A DNA stretch of 64,000 nucleotides, from IMG/VR virus record IMGVR_UViG_3300015261_000001, positions 1-64,000 of that record. The stretch is one strand, 5' to 3'. Under the pieces are notes generated by a model. It had not been told where the DNA came from and made no database searches. It was given only the letters and a program-made list of their open reading frames with translations. The position numbers and the translations under genes were made by a program. Shown here piece after piece: positions 1-8,266 of this stretch (position 1 is the stretch's first letter; each line of letters opens with the position of its first letter).

Positions 1-1437
1 ACGAGTGGCGTGATACGCCGAGTCCAGCATGGAGACCATCCCCAGGCGAGACACGATCGAATCCACCACGTAGTCCACCATGCTTTCCTGGAATGCGTTC
101 GGACCTTCGACAGCTTCCGACGGACCGGTCATGTTCAGGAACTTTTCCACATGCTCGCGGATCTGGTAAGGACCGGACTTGATGCCGATCTTCACATTAC
201 CGCGACTGGACGAGTTGACCAGCTCGAACTCGCCTTCCGAGATACGGATCATTTTCAGATCGTTGTAACGCGGAAGGGTGACTTCCATGGTGCAGTACTT
301 GTTCAGCAGATGCAGCGATGCCGTATGGAACGACTCGCGGATCATGCGCTGAGAGTTGACGTACACGTGACCTTCGCAGCTGAGTGTGCAGGCTTTGAAG
401 TTGGAGTTACGCAGGGTAACGTCGCTACCCTGAATTTCCGTCTTCTTGACCTCGGTGCGATACAGGCTGCAACGGTTGGCCGCTTTAACCGTCGAACGGA
501 ACAGGTTGCAGCTGGAGTAGAAACCTTCAGCCAGTTTGCTGTCAATACAAGTGGTCTTCTTGAACTGACTCTTTTCGTAGCGATGACGCAGGCTTTGGCC
601 GGTAACGAATTTGTCGTTGCGATTGCCGTATTCCTCGTGGTCACTTTCGGCGTAAGCACCGTACTCCCACGAGTAGCCTTGTACCGAACCCTTGGCTTCC
701 AGACGCGATTCGTTCAGCGTGTTTTCTTCGCTGTCGACGTTGATCAGGTAGTTCTCGCCGTAGTAAGCGTCGTTCTTGGACGACGAGTTAACCATAACGA
801 CGCTGGCTGCCTTGCGGTTATGCGCACGACCGAAGGAGTAAGGCACCTTACCTTGTTCCATGGTCACCGACGAGTACTCGTCGAGGAGCAGCAGAGTACG
901 AGAAGTATTCCCATTCTCGCCGCCCAGGTAATAGGCGCTGAAGGTCAGTTCTTCGTAACGGTGATTTGGATACGGCAGGTATACCGTTACACCGTTGATG
1001 TTCAGGTAACCGTGCTGCGACTTGAGATCGACAGCAACTGGTTCCAGGAACACACCATTCATGGAGACCTTCTTGGAAGGTTCCAGAACAGTACGACGAG
1101 GAGCGACCGCTGGTGACAACGGCTCATCCCATGGACTGAAGCTGATCCCGCCCTCTGGCGCTGGTTGTTCGGCAACGGGAGCGCTGACAACGGTTTTGTT
1201 GTCGGAACGTGCTGGCGAAGCTTTACCGATGGCCGTTTTCAGCAGTTCTTTGCCCCACGTTTTGGCTTTGGCTTCGGTGGAAAGGTCGCTGGCTGCTACG
1301 GTAACAGCTTTCTGGCCAGTTTTGTCCTCACCCGAAGTCCCCTTCGACGTCGCTTTCTTGGCCATGGTGTCGGTATTGTTACCGGTAGCCTTGGTCTTCA
1401 GAGCGTCCGTGTTATTGGGCTTTCCTTTCTCGGTCAT
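1..1437 (-). CDS. Hypothetical protein, truncated at the left edge (>479 aa). It has a low-complexity K/T/A/P-rich N-terminus and a possible beta-solenoid-like central region.
   Basis: Not in the ORF track. ATG at 1437 lies 3 nt after the ligase stop. Manual translation (MTEKGKPNNTDALKTKATG...SQFKKTTCIDSKLAEGFYSSCNLFRSTVK...) stays open to position 1. Confidence 0.8.
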   Translation of the reverse strand, partial: MTEKGKPNNTDALKTKATGNNTDTMAKKATSKGTSGEDKTGQKAVTVAASDLSTEAKAKTWGKELLKTAIGKASPARSDNKTVVSAPVAEQPAPEGGISFSPWDEPLSPAVAPRRTVLEPSKKVSMNGVFLEPVAVDLKSQHGYLNINGVTVYLPYPNHRYEELTFSAYYLGGENGNTSRTLLLLDEYSSVTMEQGKVPYSFGRAHNRKAASVVMVNSSSKNDAYYGENYLINVDSEENTLNESRLEAKGSVQGYSWEYGAYAESDHEEYGNRNDKFVTGQSLRHRYEKSQFKKTTCIDSKLAEGFYSSCNLFRSTVKAANRCSLYRTEVKKTEIQGSDVTLRNSNFKACTLSCEGHVYVNSQRMIRESFHTASLHLLNKYCTMEVTLPRYNDLKMIRISEGEFELVNSSSRGNVKIGIKSGPYQIREHVEKFLNMTGPSEAVEGPNAFQESMVDYVVDSIVSRLGMVSMLDSAYHATR

Positions 1438-1440
1438 CGC

Positions 1441-3414
1441 TTAGTTCCCCTTGATAAAGGCAATAATCGCATCAATGCTGGAGTATTCATTTGAGTACAA
1501 CATAGGAATACCCAGCTCGGTTGCTTTTAACAGTTTGCTCTGTCCTGGCTTCTCACCCACGATTACGTATTTGCAATCTTTGGTAAGTTGCGCTGTAGCT
1601 TCAATGTCGTGTTCAGCGAAGTATTTGAACAGGTCATCACGAGGTTGACCCAAACTTCCGGTAACACAAACCTTGAAATCGTTTTCAGGGATAACCGACA
1701 TGTCAATCAGGACACGCTTCAGAGTTTCCTTGACGTTCTCCTCGAACATGGGATTCTCAAAAGCTTGAATGATCTTGATTGCCGTACCGGTAGAAATACC
1801 CTTGATCGACGTCAGGAACTTGACGTCTTTCATTTTGTCTTCAACACCGTCTTGCAAAATCTCGGTAGTGATCGAAGTAACCAATGCATTACCGACGCGC
1901 TTGGCCAGCACCACCCCAACATCAGGGAAGCACAGCGCTTTTATCACACGATGAATAGGGCGCACCATCGCTGCTTCGATGTTTGCGCGGACACGATCAG
2001 AGATGAAACCGTACTTCCCTAACTTCAGGAGGTCGATTGGCATCTTGACGTACCCGCGATCAATCAGATCAGCAATAGTTACCGGGCCTAATCCATCGAT
2101 ATCCATCCCAAACTTGTCAGCAAAGGTCACGCAACGCTGAGTAAGTTGTTCAGGACAGCCTGAGACGTTGTTACAGACGAGATCGGCGCTTTCCTTCCCT
2201 GCTCTAACCTCGAGCACAAACCCACAGCTTGGACACTCTGTAGGGGCTTTAAACAACTTACCCTTACCGGCCTTAACTACGTGGTTCAAACGAGGGATTA
2301 CATCATTGTTACGAGTTACAGAGACGACACTACCTTTCCGCAATTCCAGCGACATGAAGTTCTTGTAGTTGTCCAGCAGAGCGCGTTGACAGATCACTCC
2401 TCCCATTCGGGTAGGTGTATAGATGCCCACTGGTACAACTCGTCCCGTCTTCGTTGTGTTCCACTCAATATCGCTGATACTGGGAAAGCTTTCCTCTGGA
2501 GGATATTTATACGCTATCGCCCAGCGTGGATGTTTGTTGGTAACCCCGGCTTTACGCTGGAGAGCTAGGCTGTTCACTTTAATGACGATGCCATCACTAG
2601 GAACGAGGTCAGAACGCAGGTTCTCTTCAACAGCCGCCAGAGAAGCTGGAGGCGGTGTGTCGAACCCAAGATCACGCATGAACTCTTTCCACTGTTCGTA
2701 AGTCTGCGCGCCCAGCTCATCACTGGACCAGTACACAGCAAAGTTCAACAGATCGATTGCTTTCTCGTCCTGATTCTCTTTAGATGCACGCACCCAACCA
2801 CTGGCAGCACTACGAGGGTTCGCCTTTTTCTTTTCGGAGATCTCGTTGTAGTTGTGGTAATGAGAGATCGTCACAAACCCTTCACCCCGAACATTAAACT
2901 CGTCCGGGATAGTCACACCATGACGATTGCCCGATGGCAGCTGTAGCGGGATGTTGCAGAACAGCGGGATAGCGTGAGTAACGTCCTCGCCCACCATGCC
3001 AGCGCCACGGGTGACCATCTGAACCAGCATGCCTTTAACGTAACGCAGCTCCAGCGCAAGGCCGTCCAGCTTTACTTCGTAGACATACGCGGTATCAGGC
3101 TCGAAGCGTTTGAAGAAATTTTGGACGGGGTCCCAGCCCAAAGCTTTAGCCAAACTCAACATGGTGGTGTTGAGCTTAACCGGAGTCAGTCGATCACCAG
3201 TTGGCTCATGAATAGGCACAGGCTTGTCGTAGAACTCGAACAGCTCGGCAATCTCTGGATGTTCGCCGGCTAACTTGTTCCACTCAAGCTCCAGGTCATC
3301 GTATTCGTGGTTCGAGATTTCTTCCCGATCCTCCACGAAATAGATGTGCGCATGGTGAGTAATGAGCTTGTGCAGCTCCTCCATGCGGGAGTAAACAGTC
3401 TTTTTATCAGTCAT
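1441..3414 (-). CDS. ligA: NAD-dependent DNA ligase
   Basis: N-terminal domain Ia (YFVEDREEISNHEYD), KLDGLA adenylation motif, TRGAGMVGEDVT, VRGE, NPRSAASG, DGIVIK and PRWAIAYK motifs. Also a C4 zinc finger (CPSC...CNNVSGC), HhH repeats and a C-terminal BRCT domain (VCVTGSL...GEKPGQSKLLKATELGIP). Confidence 0.97.
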   Translation of the reverse strand: MTDKKTVYSRMEELHKLITHHAHIYFVEDREEISNHEYDDLELEWNKLAGEHPEIAELFEFYDKPVPIHEPTGDRLTPVKLNTTMLSLAKALGWDPVQNFFKRFEPDTAYVYEVKLDGLALELRYVKGMLVQMVTRGAGMVGEDVTHAIPLFCNIPLQLPSGNRHGVTIPDEFNVRGEGFVTISHYHNYNEISEKKKANPRSAASGWVRASKENQDEKAIDLLNFAVYWSSDELGAQTYEQWKEFMRDLGFDTPPPASLAAVEENLRSDLVPSDGIVIKVNSLALQRKAGVTNKHPRWAIAYKYPPEESFPSISDIEWNTTKTGRVVPVGIYTPTRMGGVICQRALLDNYKNFMSLELRKGSVVSVTRNNDVIPRLNHVVKAGKGKLFKAPTECPSCGFVLEVRAGKESADLVCNNVSGCPEQLTQRCVTFADKFGMDIDGLGPVTIADLIDRGYVKMPIDLLKLGKYGFISDRVRANIEAAMVRPIHRVIKALCFPDVGVVLAKRVGNALVTSITTEILQDGVEDKMKDVKFLTSIKGISTGTAIKIIQAFENPMFEENVKETLKRVLIDMSVIPENDFKVCVTGSLGQPRDDLFKYFAEHDIEATAQLTKDCKYVIVGEKPGQSKLLKATELGIPMLYSNEYSSIDAIIAFIKGN

Positions 3415-3448
3415 TGAAAAAGCCCTGATGCGGAATAAAGGGTAAGGT

Positions 3449-3469
3449 GCTAGGGGACAAGCCCCTAGC
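3449..3469. terminator. Short hairpin between the NTase-like operon and ligA
   Basis: GCTAGGGG-acaag-CCCCTAGC, an 8-bp perfect stem. Confidence 0.5.
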
Positions 3470-3474
3470 CCTGG

Positions 3475-3927
3475 TCAAGCAAGTTCCCGTACCTTGTTCT
3501 TTTCTTTCAAGATGTCGTTAAGAGCAACGATATCTTTGTGATCCTGCTTGCGTTTCTCAGCAGGACGCGCCGGTTCGATCAACGAGCCGCGCTTTTGAAC
3601 GGTGAGTGAAAGTGGGTCGAAAATGTTCAATTCCCCAACAGTAACGATAGTTGGGAAATAGCGATTACGTTTCCGTGTCCAGATAACACTCTTGTCCTCT
3701 GGAGGGACAACCACATCGTGCCAGGCTCGAACAGTAACACCTTGACGATCAGCCAGACGTTGGAAGTGAGGATCATCTACCCAGATGTTGAGGTCAGCCG
3801 TTTGTTCACGGATACCCATCACCACCAAAGCCCCACCGCCGCCTAAAGCGATCTGATCCATCGGTACGTTGTGCGCTACCGAGAAGAGAACGATTTGTTC
3901 GAGGATTTCTTCTTTGTTCTTAAACAT
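3475..3927 (-). CDS. Pol-beta-type nucleotidyltransferase-fold protein, paralog 1 (DxN variant)
   Basis: IALGGGGALVVMGIREQTADLNI resembles the hGG.Ah...G..R.T.DhD NTase signature. Paralogous to 3939-4385, with a shared C-terminal LxxQKR...RxxxKRxxDxKxI..L pattern. Confidence 0.7.
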   Translation of the reverse strand: MFKNKEEILEQIVLFSVAHNVPMDQIALGGGGALVVMGIREQTADLNIWVDDPHFQRLADRQGVTVRAWHDVVVPPEDKSVIWTRKRNRYFPTIVTVGELNIFDPLSLTVQKRGSLIEPARPAEKRKQDHKDIVALNDILKEKNKVRELA

Positions 3928-3938
3928 TTACGTTGCCT

Positions 3939-4385
3939 TTACGCCATGACACGAGCGGTATGTTTTTGCCCACGAATGAGTTCTTCCAGAAGACTGATCT
4001 CTTTCAAGTCAGCTTCCCGTTTACCTTCCTTCCGCGTCGGCAGCTTCGCCAGATAGCGTTTCTGCGTTAGCAAGGCAGAAGGGCTGTACGTCCAGACACC
4101 GTCAACACAAACGATCCCGGTATCGGGTTCGAACTCGTGGATATCAACGTCTGGCGCGTACTTGATCAAATCGGAAATACCTTCTTCCGTAATGACCAGA
4201 TGTTTCCCCGACAAGAACCGAAACACGCCAGTGGAAACGTCAACATCAAGGTCTTGGGTGTCCTGTCGGATACCAAACATCACCAGCGCAGATCCAGCTG
4301 AGAGGATGACATTACGTGCATCCTCGTTCAGCTCGCCTAACAATTGAGTATAACGTTCCACTACTTGTGCTTTGTCCATATTCAT
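3939..4385 (-). CDS. Pol-beta-type nucleotidyltransferase-fold protein, paralog 2 (DxD intact)
   Basis: VILSAGSALVMFGIRQDTQDLDVDV, plus a candidate third acidic residue in DVDIHE. Confidence 0.72.
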   Translation of the reverse strand: MNMDKAQVVERYTQLLGELNEDARNVILSAGSALVMFGIRQDTQDLDVDVSTGVFRFLSGKHLVITEEGISDLIKYAPDVDIHEFEPDTGIVCVDGVWTYSPSALLTQKRYLAKLPTRKEGKREADLKEISLLEELIRGQKHTARVMA

Positions 4386-4388
4386 GCC

Positions 4389-4679
4389 CTAATGAAGTGT
4401 TGGTGTGTCAGCGAAGTACTGCACGATATTCTGCACCGACTGCTCTACTGGCAATGTAGGTGCTGGGTTGTACATCGTGAAGCTCACTGGTTGTTGACCG
4501 GCTGCATCGTAAGTAACGAAAGCCTGGTTCACGCCACCGAAAGCAATGGTGGCGACTTTTGCACCAGTCTCGTCATAAGAATACGTGATGTTAACCGTTT
4601 CCGGCCCTCCAGGGAAAATCGACAGAGAACCGTCAGGGAGGATCGTTGCTTGCAGCTGGATCTGAGTTGCAGAGTTCAT
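4389..4679 (-). CDS. Hypothetical protein (96 aa, beta-rich)
   Basis: Start revised to the ATG at 4679 (MNSATQIQ), which has an AGGA SD. The longer ORF-track version overlaps sbcC. Confidence 0.65.
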   Translation of the reverse strand: MNSATQIQLQATILPDGSLSIFPGGPETVNITYSYDETGAKVATIAFGGVNQAFVTYDAAGQQPVSFTMYNPAPTLPVEQSVQNIVQYFADTPTLH

Positions 4680-4692
4680 GGAGGTGATTCCT

Positions 4693-4709
4693 GAAGATAA
4701 TGTAGGTTT
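4693..4709 (-). promoter_or_regulatory. Putative phage promoter AAACCTACATTATCTTC
   Basis: Exact 17-nt copy of 38272-38288. Both are intergenic and upstream of minus-strand genes, and resemble the CTATATTAC early motif. Confidence 0.6.
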
Positions 4710-4713
4710 CAAA

Positions 4714-7176
4714 TTAAATGATGGTGCTGTGTTTGTTCGGTTCGCCTGGCATTGACAGCCCTTCATACCGCATAGCCACCACGTTTGGATTGTTGAAGAT
4801 GCCATAAGCCGAAAGGTAATGGCTAACGCAGAACAGTTGTCGCGCGTCTTTCTTCTGTGTGATGTCTTTAACGAAGTTGAAGAACCGCCCCCGTTTGATT
4901 TCGTCAAAAGCCGTACCTACCTCGTCCATGAACAAAGGGTAGTTGTAGCCATGGTAGGACAGAGCGACGTAACGGAAGGCGAAGTCGATGATGCCAGTTT
5001 GACCCAAGCTGCAATCCGAAATATCCGGCACAGGTTTAGAGTCACCGACCACAACAGGGAACTTGTAAGTCAGGTCACCATTGCCTTTATTACAAGGTTT
5101 CACATAAAGTGGTGTATTCCAGACCGATTGAATCACTGCGTTCATGTTACCGCAATAAGTCTTAATGAAGTCGGTCATCAGTTTCCCGATGTAACCCTTG
5201 TTTGGACACATCCCATCCATCCAAGTTTCAACGAGAAGAATCCGGCGCTTCAGACGGTCAATGTCTTCGGAAATGGAATTCACCACAGCGTTTAACGAAC
5301 GGCCTTGAATGATTGCCCGAAGGTTATTATCTTTTTCTTCGGTCAAGATACTAATCCGTGTGTCGACGCGCTTACGAAGATCCACCAGCCCCTCATGCTC
5401 CAAGCCTTTCAGGATCTCTCCGCGAAGTTTCTGTAGCTTATCCAAATCCTCTTCGTAACGACGCATGGTGTCCAGAGATTCACGATGGAGTTTCAGCTTG
5501 CGCCGATAGAACGCCACCTTGTTGTTCTCCATCTGGAGTTGAGCTTCCAGCCCAGCAATGTAAACAGCTGTACCCAACACGTTGTCACTCTTGAGCATCC
5601 CTATTCTCGTGTTTAAGAGGTCTTGTTCCTCCAACAGGGACTTCTTGCGCTTCTTGACATCAAACAACCCCATATACGCTCTGATGGCGTTTAACAGGAT
5701 GTTAGTGTCGGCCTTACCAATGTCATACTCCTTGACCAACTGAACCAAGCAAGGAACGTCTCCATGCTGACGACAGAACTGGTGCAACGACATCATGGTT
5801 TCATACCACTCTTCATCGTTGTCCAACTTACCGCGCAGGATTACCTTTTCTTGTTCGAGTCGTTCAATCCGTCCACTCAAAGCAGTCTGGTGAGTACGTA
5901 ACTTCGCGATCTCGGCCGCTGTTACACCCACCTTGAACTCGTGGTCACATTCGGGACAGTTGACAGCTTCCATGTTGTCATAATGCTTCAACTGATGATT
6001 GATACCAGTCAGTTGCCCGGAGACTTCACGCAGTTCGTTGGCGATCTGCTCGAACTTGACTTGGAATTGCTTGTACTGCCCGCCGTTGAGATTCTGATCG
6101 CTTGCCAGAACCACTCGACGCAATGCAACACAAAACGACTCATGCACATGTTCCAAACCTTTGAACGATTCGTTCGGATCTTTGAACAGAGCATAGTTGT
6201 TCAGGAGGACACTGTGTTTATCCGCTTCTTCCTTGAGCTTATTTAATTCCCCCTCCAGTTGTTCAGCCTGATGTTGGAACACCAACGGGTCTTCTAAGAA
6301 TTCTTCCATTCCTTCCAGAAGACCGGCGTGTTCACTGATCACACGTTGAGTTACAGCTGCTTGCTCTTGGTGATGTTGCAACAAACCTTCCATCATTTCG
6401 ATGGTGTCCAAAAGCTCAACTTCGGTATCGAAGAAACCACTCACCGTGTTAACCGCCATCCGGTCTACCATATCGGTAAAGATCCGAATGTTCTTTTGCA
6501 ACTCAGGACTAGCGTTGTACTGTTCCAGACTACCCCGTACCATCAACGACTGACGAAGTTCGTTGTCGATTGTTCTGATGCGGTTCTCCAGTTCCTCCAC
6601 CCCACACTCGGCAATGCTCGCCAGCTTGCGACTTTCCTCAGCGTGACGACCTACCTGATTCTTGATAGCAGCTTTAAGCTCGTTACGTTCAGTCTTGAGC
6701 TTGTTGAACACACTCATGACGTACTGAGTGTCATTCGGGTAAAGCCACATCATGACTTCTTTCCGACGGTTAATCGGCATGTTTGAAAACAGATCGAAGA
6801 CTTTGAGACCGGACAACACTTTGTTACGGTTAGCGTCGAGCTTGAAGTAACTCCACACCAACTCTTTCTGAGCGGTATACGTTCCGCCCTTGTTCAGGTT
6901 CACACCATTAAGCTTGAATGTGTGTCCGTCACTTTGACCGGTTACCGAATCGAGAATAAACAGATTCTGTCCGATCTTGATCTCCACATACTTCCGTCCG
7001 TTTTCGAAGTTACCGTTTTCGGGAGGGAGTGGATTCATTTCCTTAAGAATACTGGTTTTGCCAGTACCGTTCTGAGCGATGAACAAGTTCACCATGTGCT
7101 CAACATTCAGCTCTACCTTGGTAATCCCACTGCTTAAGAGCGGGACATAGTTCTCTAAGATCAGTTTAATTAACAT
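4714..7176 (-). CDS. sbcC: SbcC/Rad50-like SMC ATPase
   Basis: Walker A AQNGTGKT, long coiled coils, central CPEC zinc hook, signature CSLGQ, Walker B/D-loop LFMDEVGTAFD and H-loop VSH. Confidence 0.9.
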   Translation of the reverse strand: MLIKLILENYVPLLSSGITKVELNVEHMVNLFIAQNGTGKTSILKEMNPLPPENGNFENGRKYVEIKIGQNLFILDSVTGQSDGHTFKLNGVNLNKGGTYTAQKELVWSYFKLDANRNKVLSGLKVFDLFSNMPINRRKEVMMWLYPNDTQYVMSVFNKLKTERNELKAAIKNQVGRHAEESRKLASIAECGVEELENRIRTIDNELRQSLMVRGSLEQYNASPELQKNIRIFTDMVDRMAVNTVSGFFDTEVELLDTIEMMEGLLQHHQEQAAVTQRVISEHAGLLEGMEEFLEDPLVFQHQAEQLEGELNKLKEEADKHSVLLNNYALFKDPNESFKGLEHVHESFCVALRRVVLASDQNLNGGQYKQFQVKFEQIANELREVSGQLTGINHQLKHYDNMEAVNCPECDHEFKVGVTAAEIAKLRTHQTALSGRIERLEQEKVILRGKLDNDEEWYETMMSLHQFCRQHGDVPCLVQLVKEYDIGKADTNILLNAIRAYMGLFDVKKRKKSLLEEQDLLNTRIGMLKSDNVLGTAVYIAGLEAQLQMENNKVAFYRRKLKLHRESLDTMRRYEEDLDKLQKLRGEILKGLEHEGLVDLRKRVDTRISILTEEKDNNLRAIIQGRSLNAVVNSISEDIDRLKRRILLVETWMDGMCPNKGYIGKLMTDFIKTYCGNMNAVIQSVWNTPLYVKPCNKGNGDLTYKFPVVVGDSKPVPDISDCSLGQTGIIDFAFRYVALSYHGYNYPLFMDEVGTAFDEIKRGRFFNFVKDITQKKDARQLFCVSHYLSAYGIFNNPNVVAMRYEGLSMPGEPNKHSTII

Positions 7177-7226
7177 GGTATGAATTCTTCAAAAGTTGTA
7201 CGTCTCTAGATAATGAGGTCAAGGGT

Positions 7227-8210
7227 ATGAACTTAATTAACTGGTTGGGCGTCGGGATTGTCGCTGCAACCAAACAAACGAACACCGGGGAGATCATGGT
7301 TCACCTCCCCAGCCAAGCTCCGACCGCTGACGGTCGCGTGGTGGCGCAGGTTGAACAGAAGCAAGAAACCAGTCTGAATGCCAACGGTGAGCAAGAAACC
7401 AGCACCACCATGGTGTCCAACGTTGTACCGGCTACTTGGAACTCGATGGGTGAACCTAACCGTAAAACTGCACCGGATGTGCGGGAAGGTTCGAAGGTTT
7501 CCGTCTATCAAGTGTCTGGGCAGAACAAGATTTACTGGACCACACACGGGTTCAGTGCGGATACTCACCGACTGGAGACGATTCAGTGGGGATTCTCCGC
7601 TAACCCTAACCTTGACGCCAACACACCGTTCGACATTAAGGATTATTTCTGTGCTACGGTGGATACCCGTGCCGGCTTCTTCTCCCTTCGTACGTCTCAA
7701 GCTAACGGCGAGAAGTCGAGTATGGAAGTTAAAATTGACGGTGCTGCGGGCCAGGTCAATATTCGAGGTAGTGAGAACAGTATCCTCAGCTTCGATGACC
7801 ACCAACATAAGTTGACTTACAACAATGTGGATGGAACCATCATTGGGGTCGACAAGAAGAACATTGCGATGTACGCGCCTGACAGCCTGACGTTGGCTGC
7901 TGAAAAGAATATCAACGTCAAGACTGAAACGCTGAACGTCCAGTGCAAGAACGTAAACATCAAAGCTGAACTGGCGAAGGTAGCAATCCCTAAAACACTG
8001 TGGGAAGGCGACATCGAACAAACCGGTAATTACAAGCAAGAAGGTAACTACGAGCAGGAAGGCGATTTTGAGCAAACGGGTAACACCACCAGTACCGGCA
8101 TCATTCATGCTGACACTGATGTTACATCTTTGGTCAGCCTGAATACTCACGTAACCTCTTTCGTAGAAAGTGGCGACGGGACATCTGGTCCACCTGTTGT
8201 TGGTACATAA
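7227..8210 (+). CDS. Baseplate central spike (gpV/gp5-like; phiKZ gp164-like)
   Basis: OB-fold-like N-terminus (APDVREGSKVSV), a beta-helix with 6-residue repeats (EGDIEQTGNYKQEGNYEQEGDFEQTGN), and a C-terminus SLNTHVT...SGDGTSGPP resembling the P2 gpV apex. Confidence 0.8.
   Translation: MNLINWLGVGIVAATKQTNTGEIMVHLPSQAPTADGRVVAQVEQKQETSLNANGEQETSTTMVSNVVPATWNSMGEPNRKTAPDVREGSKVSVYQVSGQNKIYWTTHGFSADTHRLETIQWGFSANPNLDANTPFDIKDYFCATVDTRAGFFSLRTSQANGEKSSMEVKIDGAAGQVNIRGSENSILSFDDHQHKLTYNNVDGTIIGVDKKNIAMYAPDSLTLAAEKNINVKTETLNVQCKNVNIKAELAKVAIPKTLWEGDIEQTGNYKQEGNYEQEGDFEQTGNTTSTGIIHADTDVTSLVSLNTHVTSFVESGDGTSGPPVVGT
8001..8084 (+). repeat. 18-bp (6-aa) periodic repeat in the spike beta-helix
   Basis: WEGDIEQTGNYKQEGNYEQEGDFEQTGN. 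Confidence 0.7.
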
Positions 8211-8218
8211 CAACCTTA

Positions 8219-8252
8219 CTACCCTCCCACCGGACTGCCGGTGGGAGGGTAG
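8219..8252. terminator. Bidirectional terminator-like hairpin
   Basis: CTACCCTCCCACCGG-actg-CCGGTGGGAGGGTAG, a 15-bp perfect stem between convergent genes. Confidence 0.8.
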
Positions 8253-8266
8253 GGGTTATTTTTGCA

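Noticed and set aside
7208-7219. AGATAATGAGGT, similar to the 17-nt promoter motif, upstream of sbcC
   Set aside because: It needs a 1-nt deletion to align, and the GAGGT can be explained as the SD of the spike gene.
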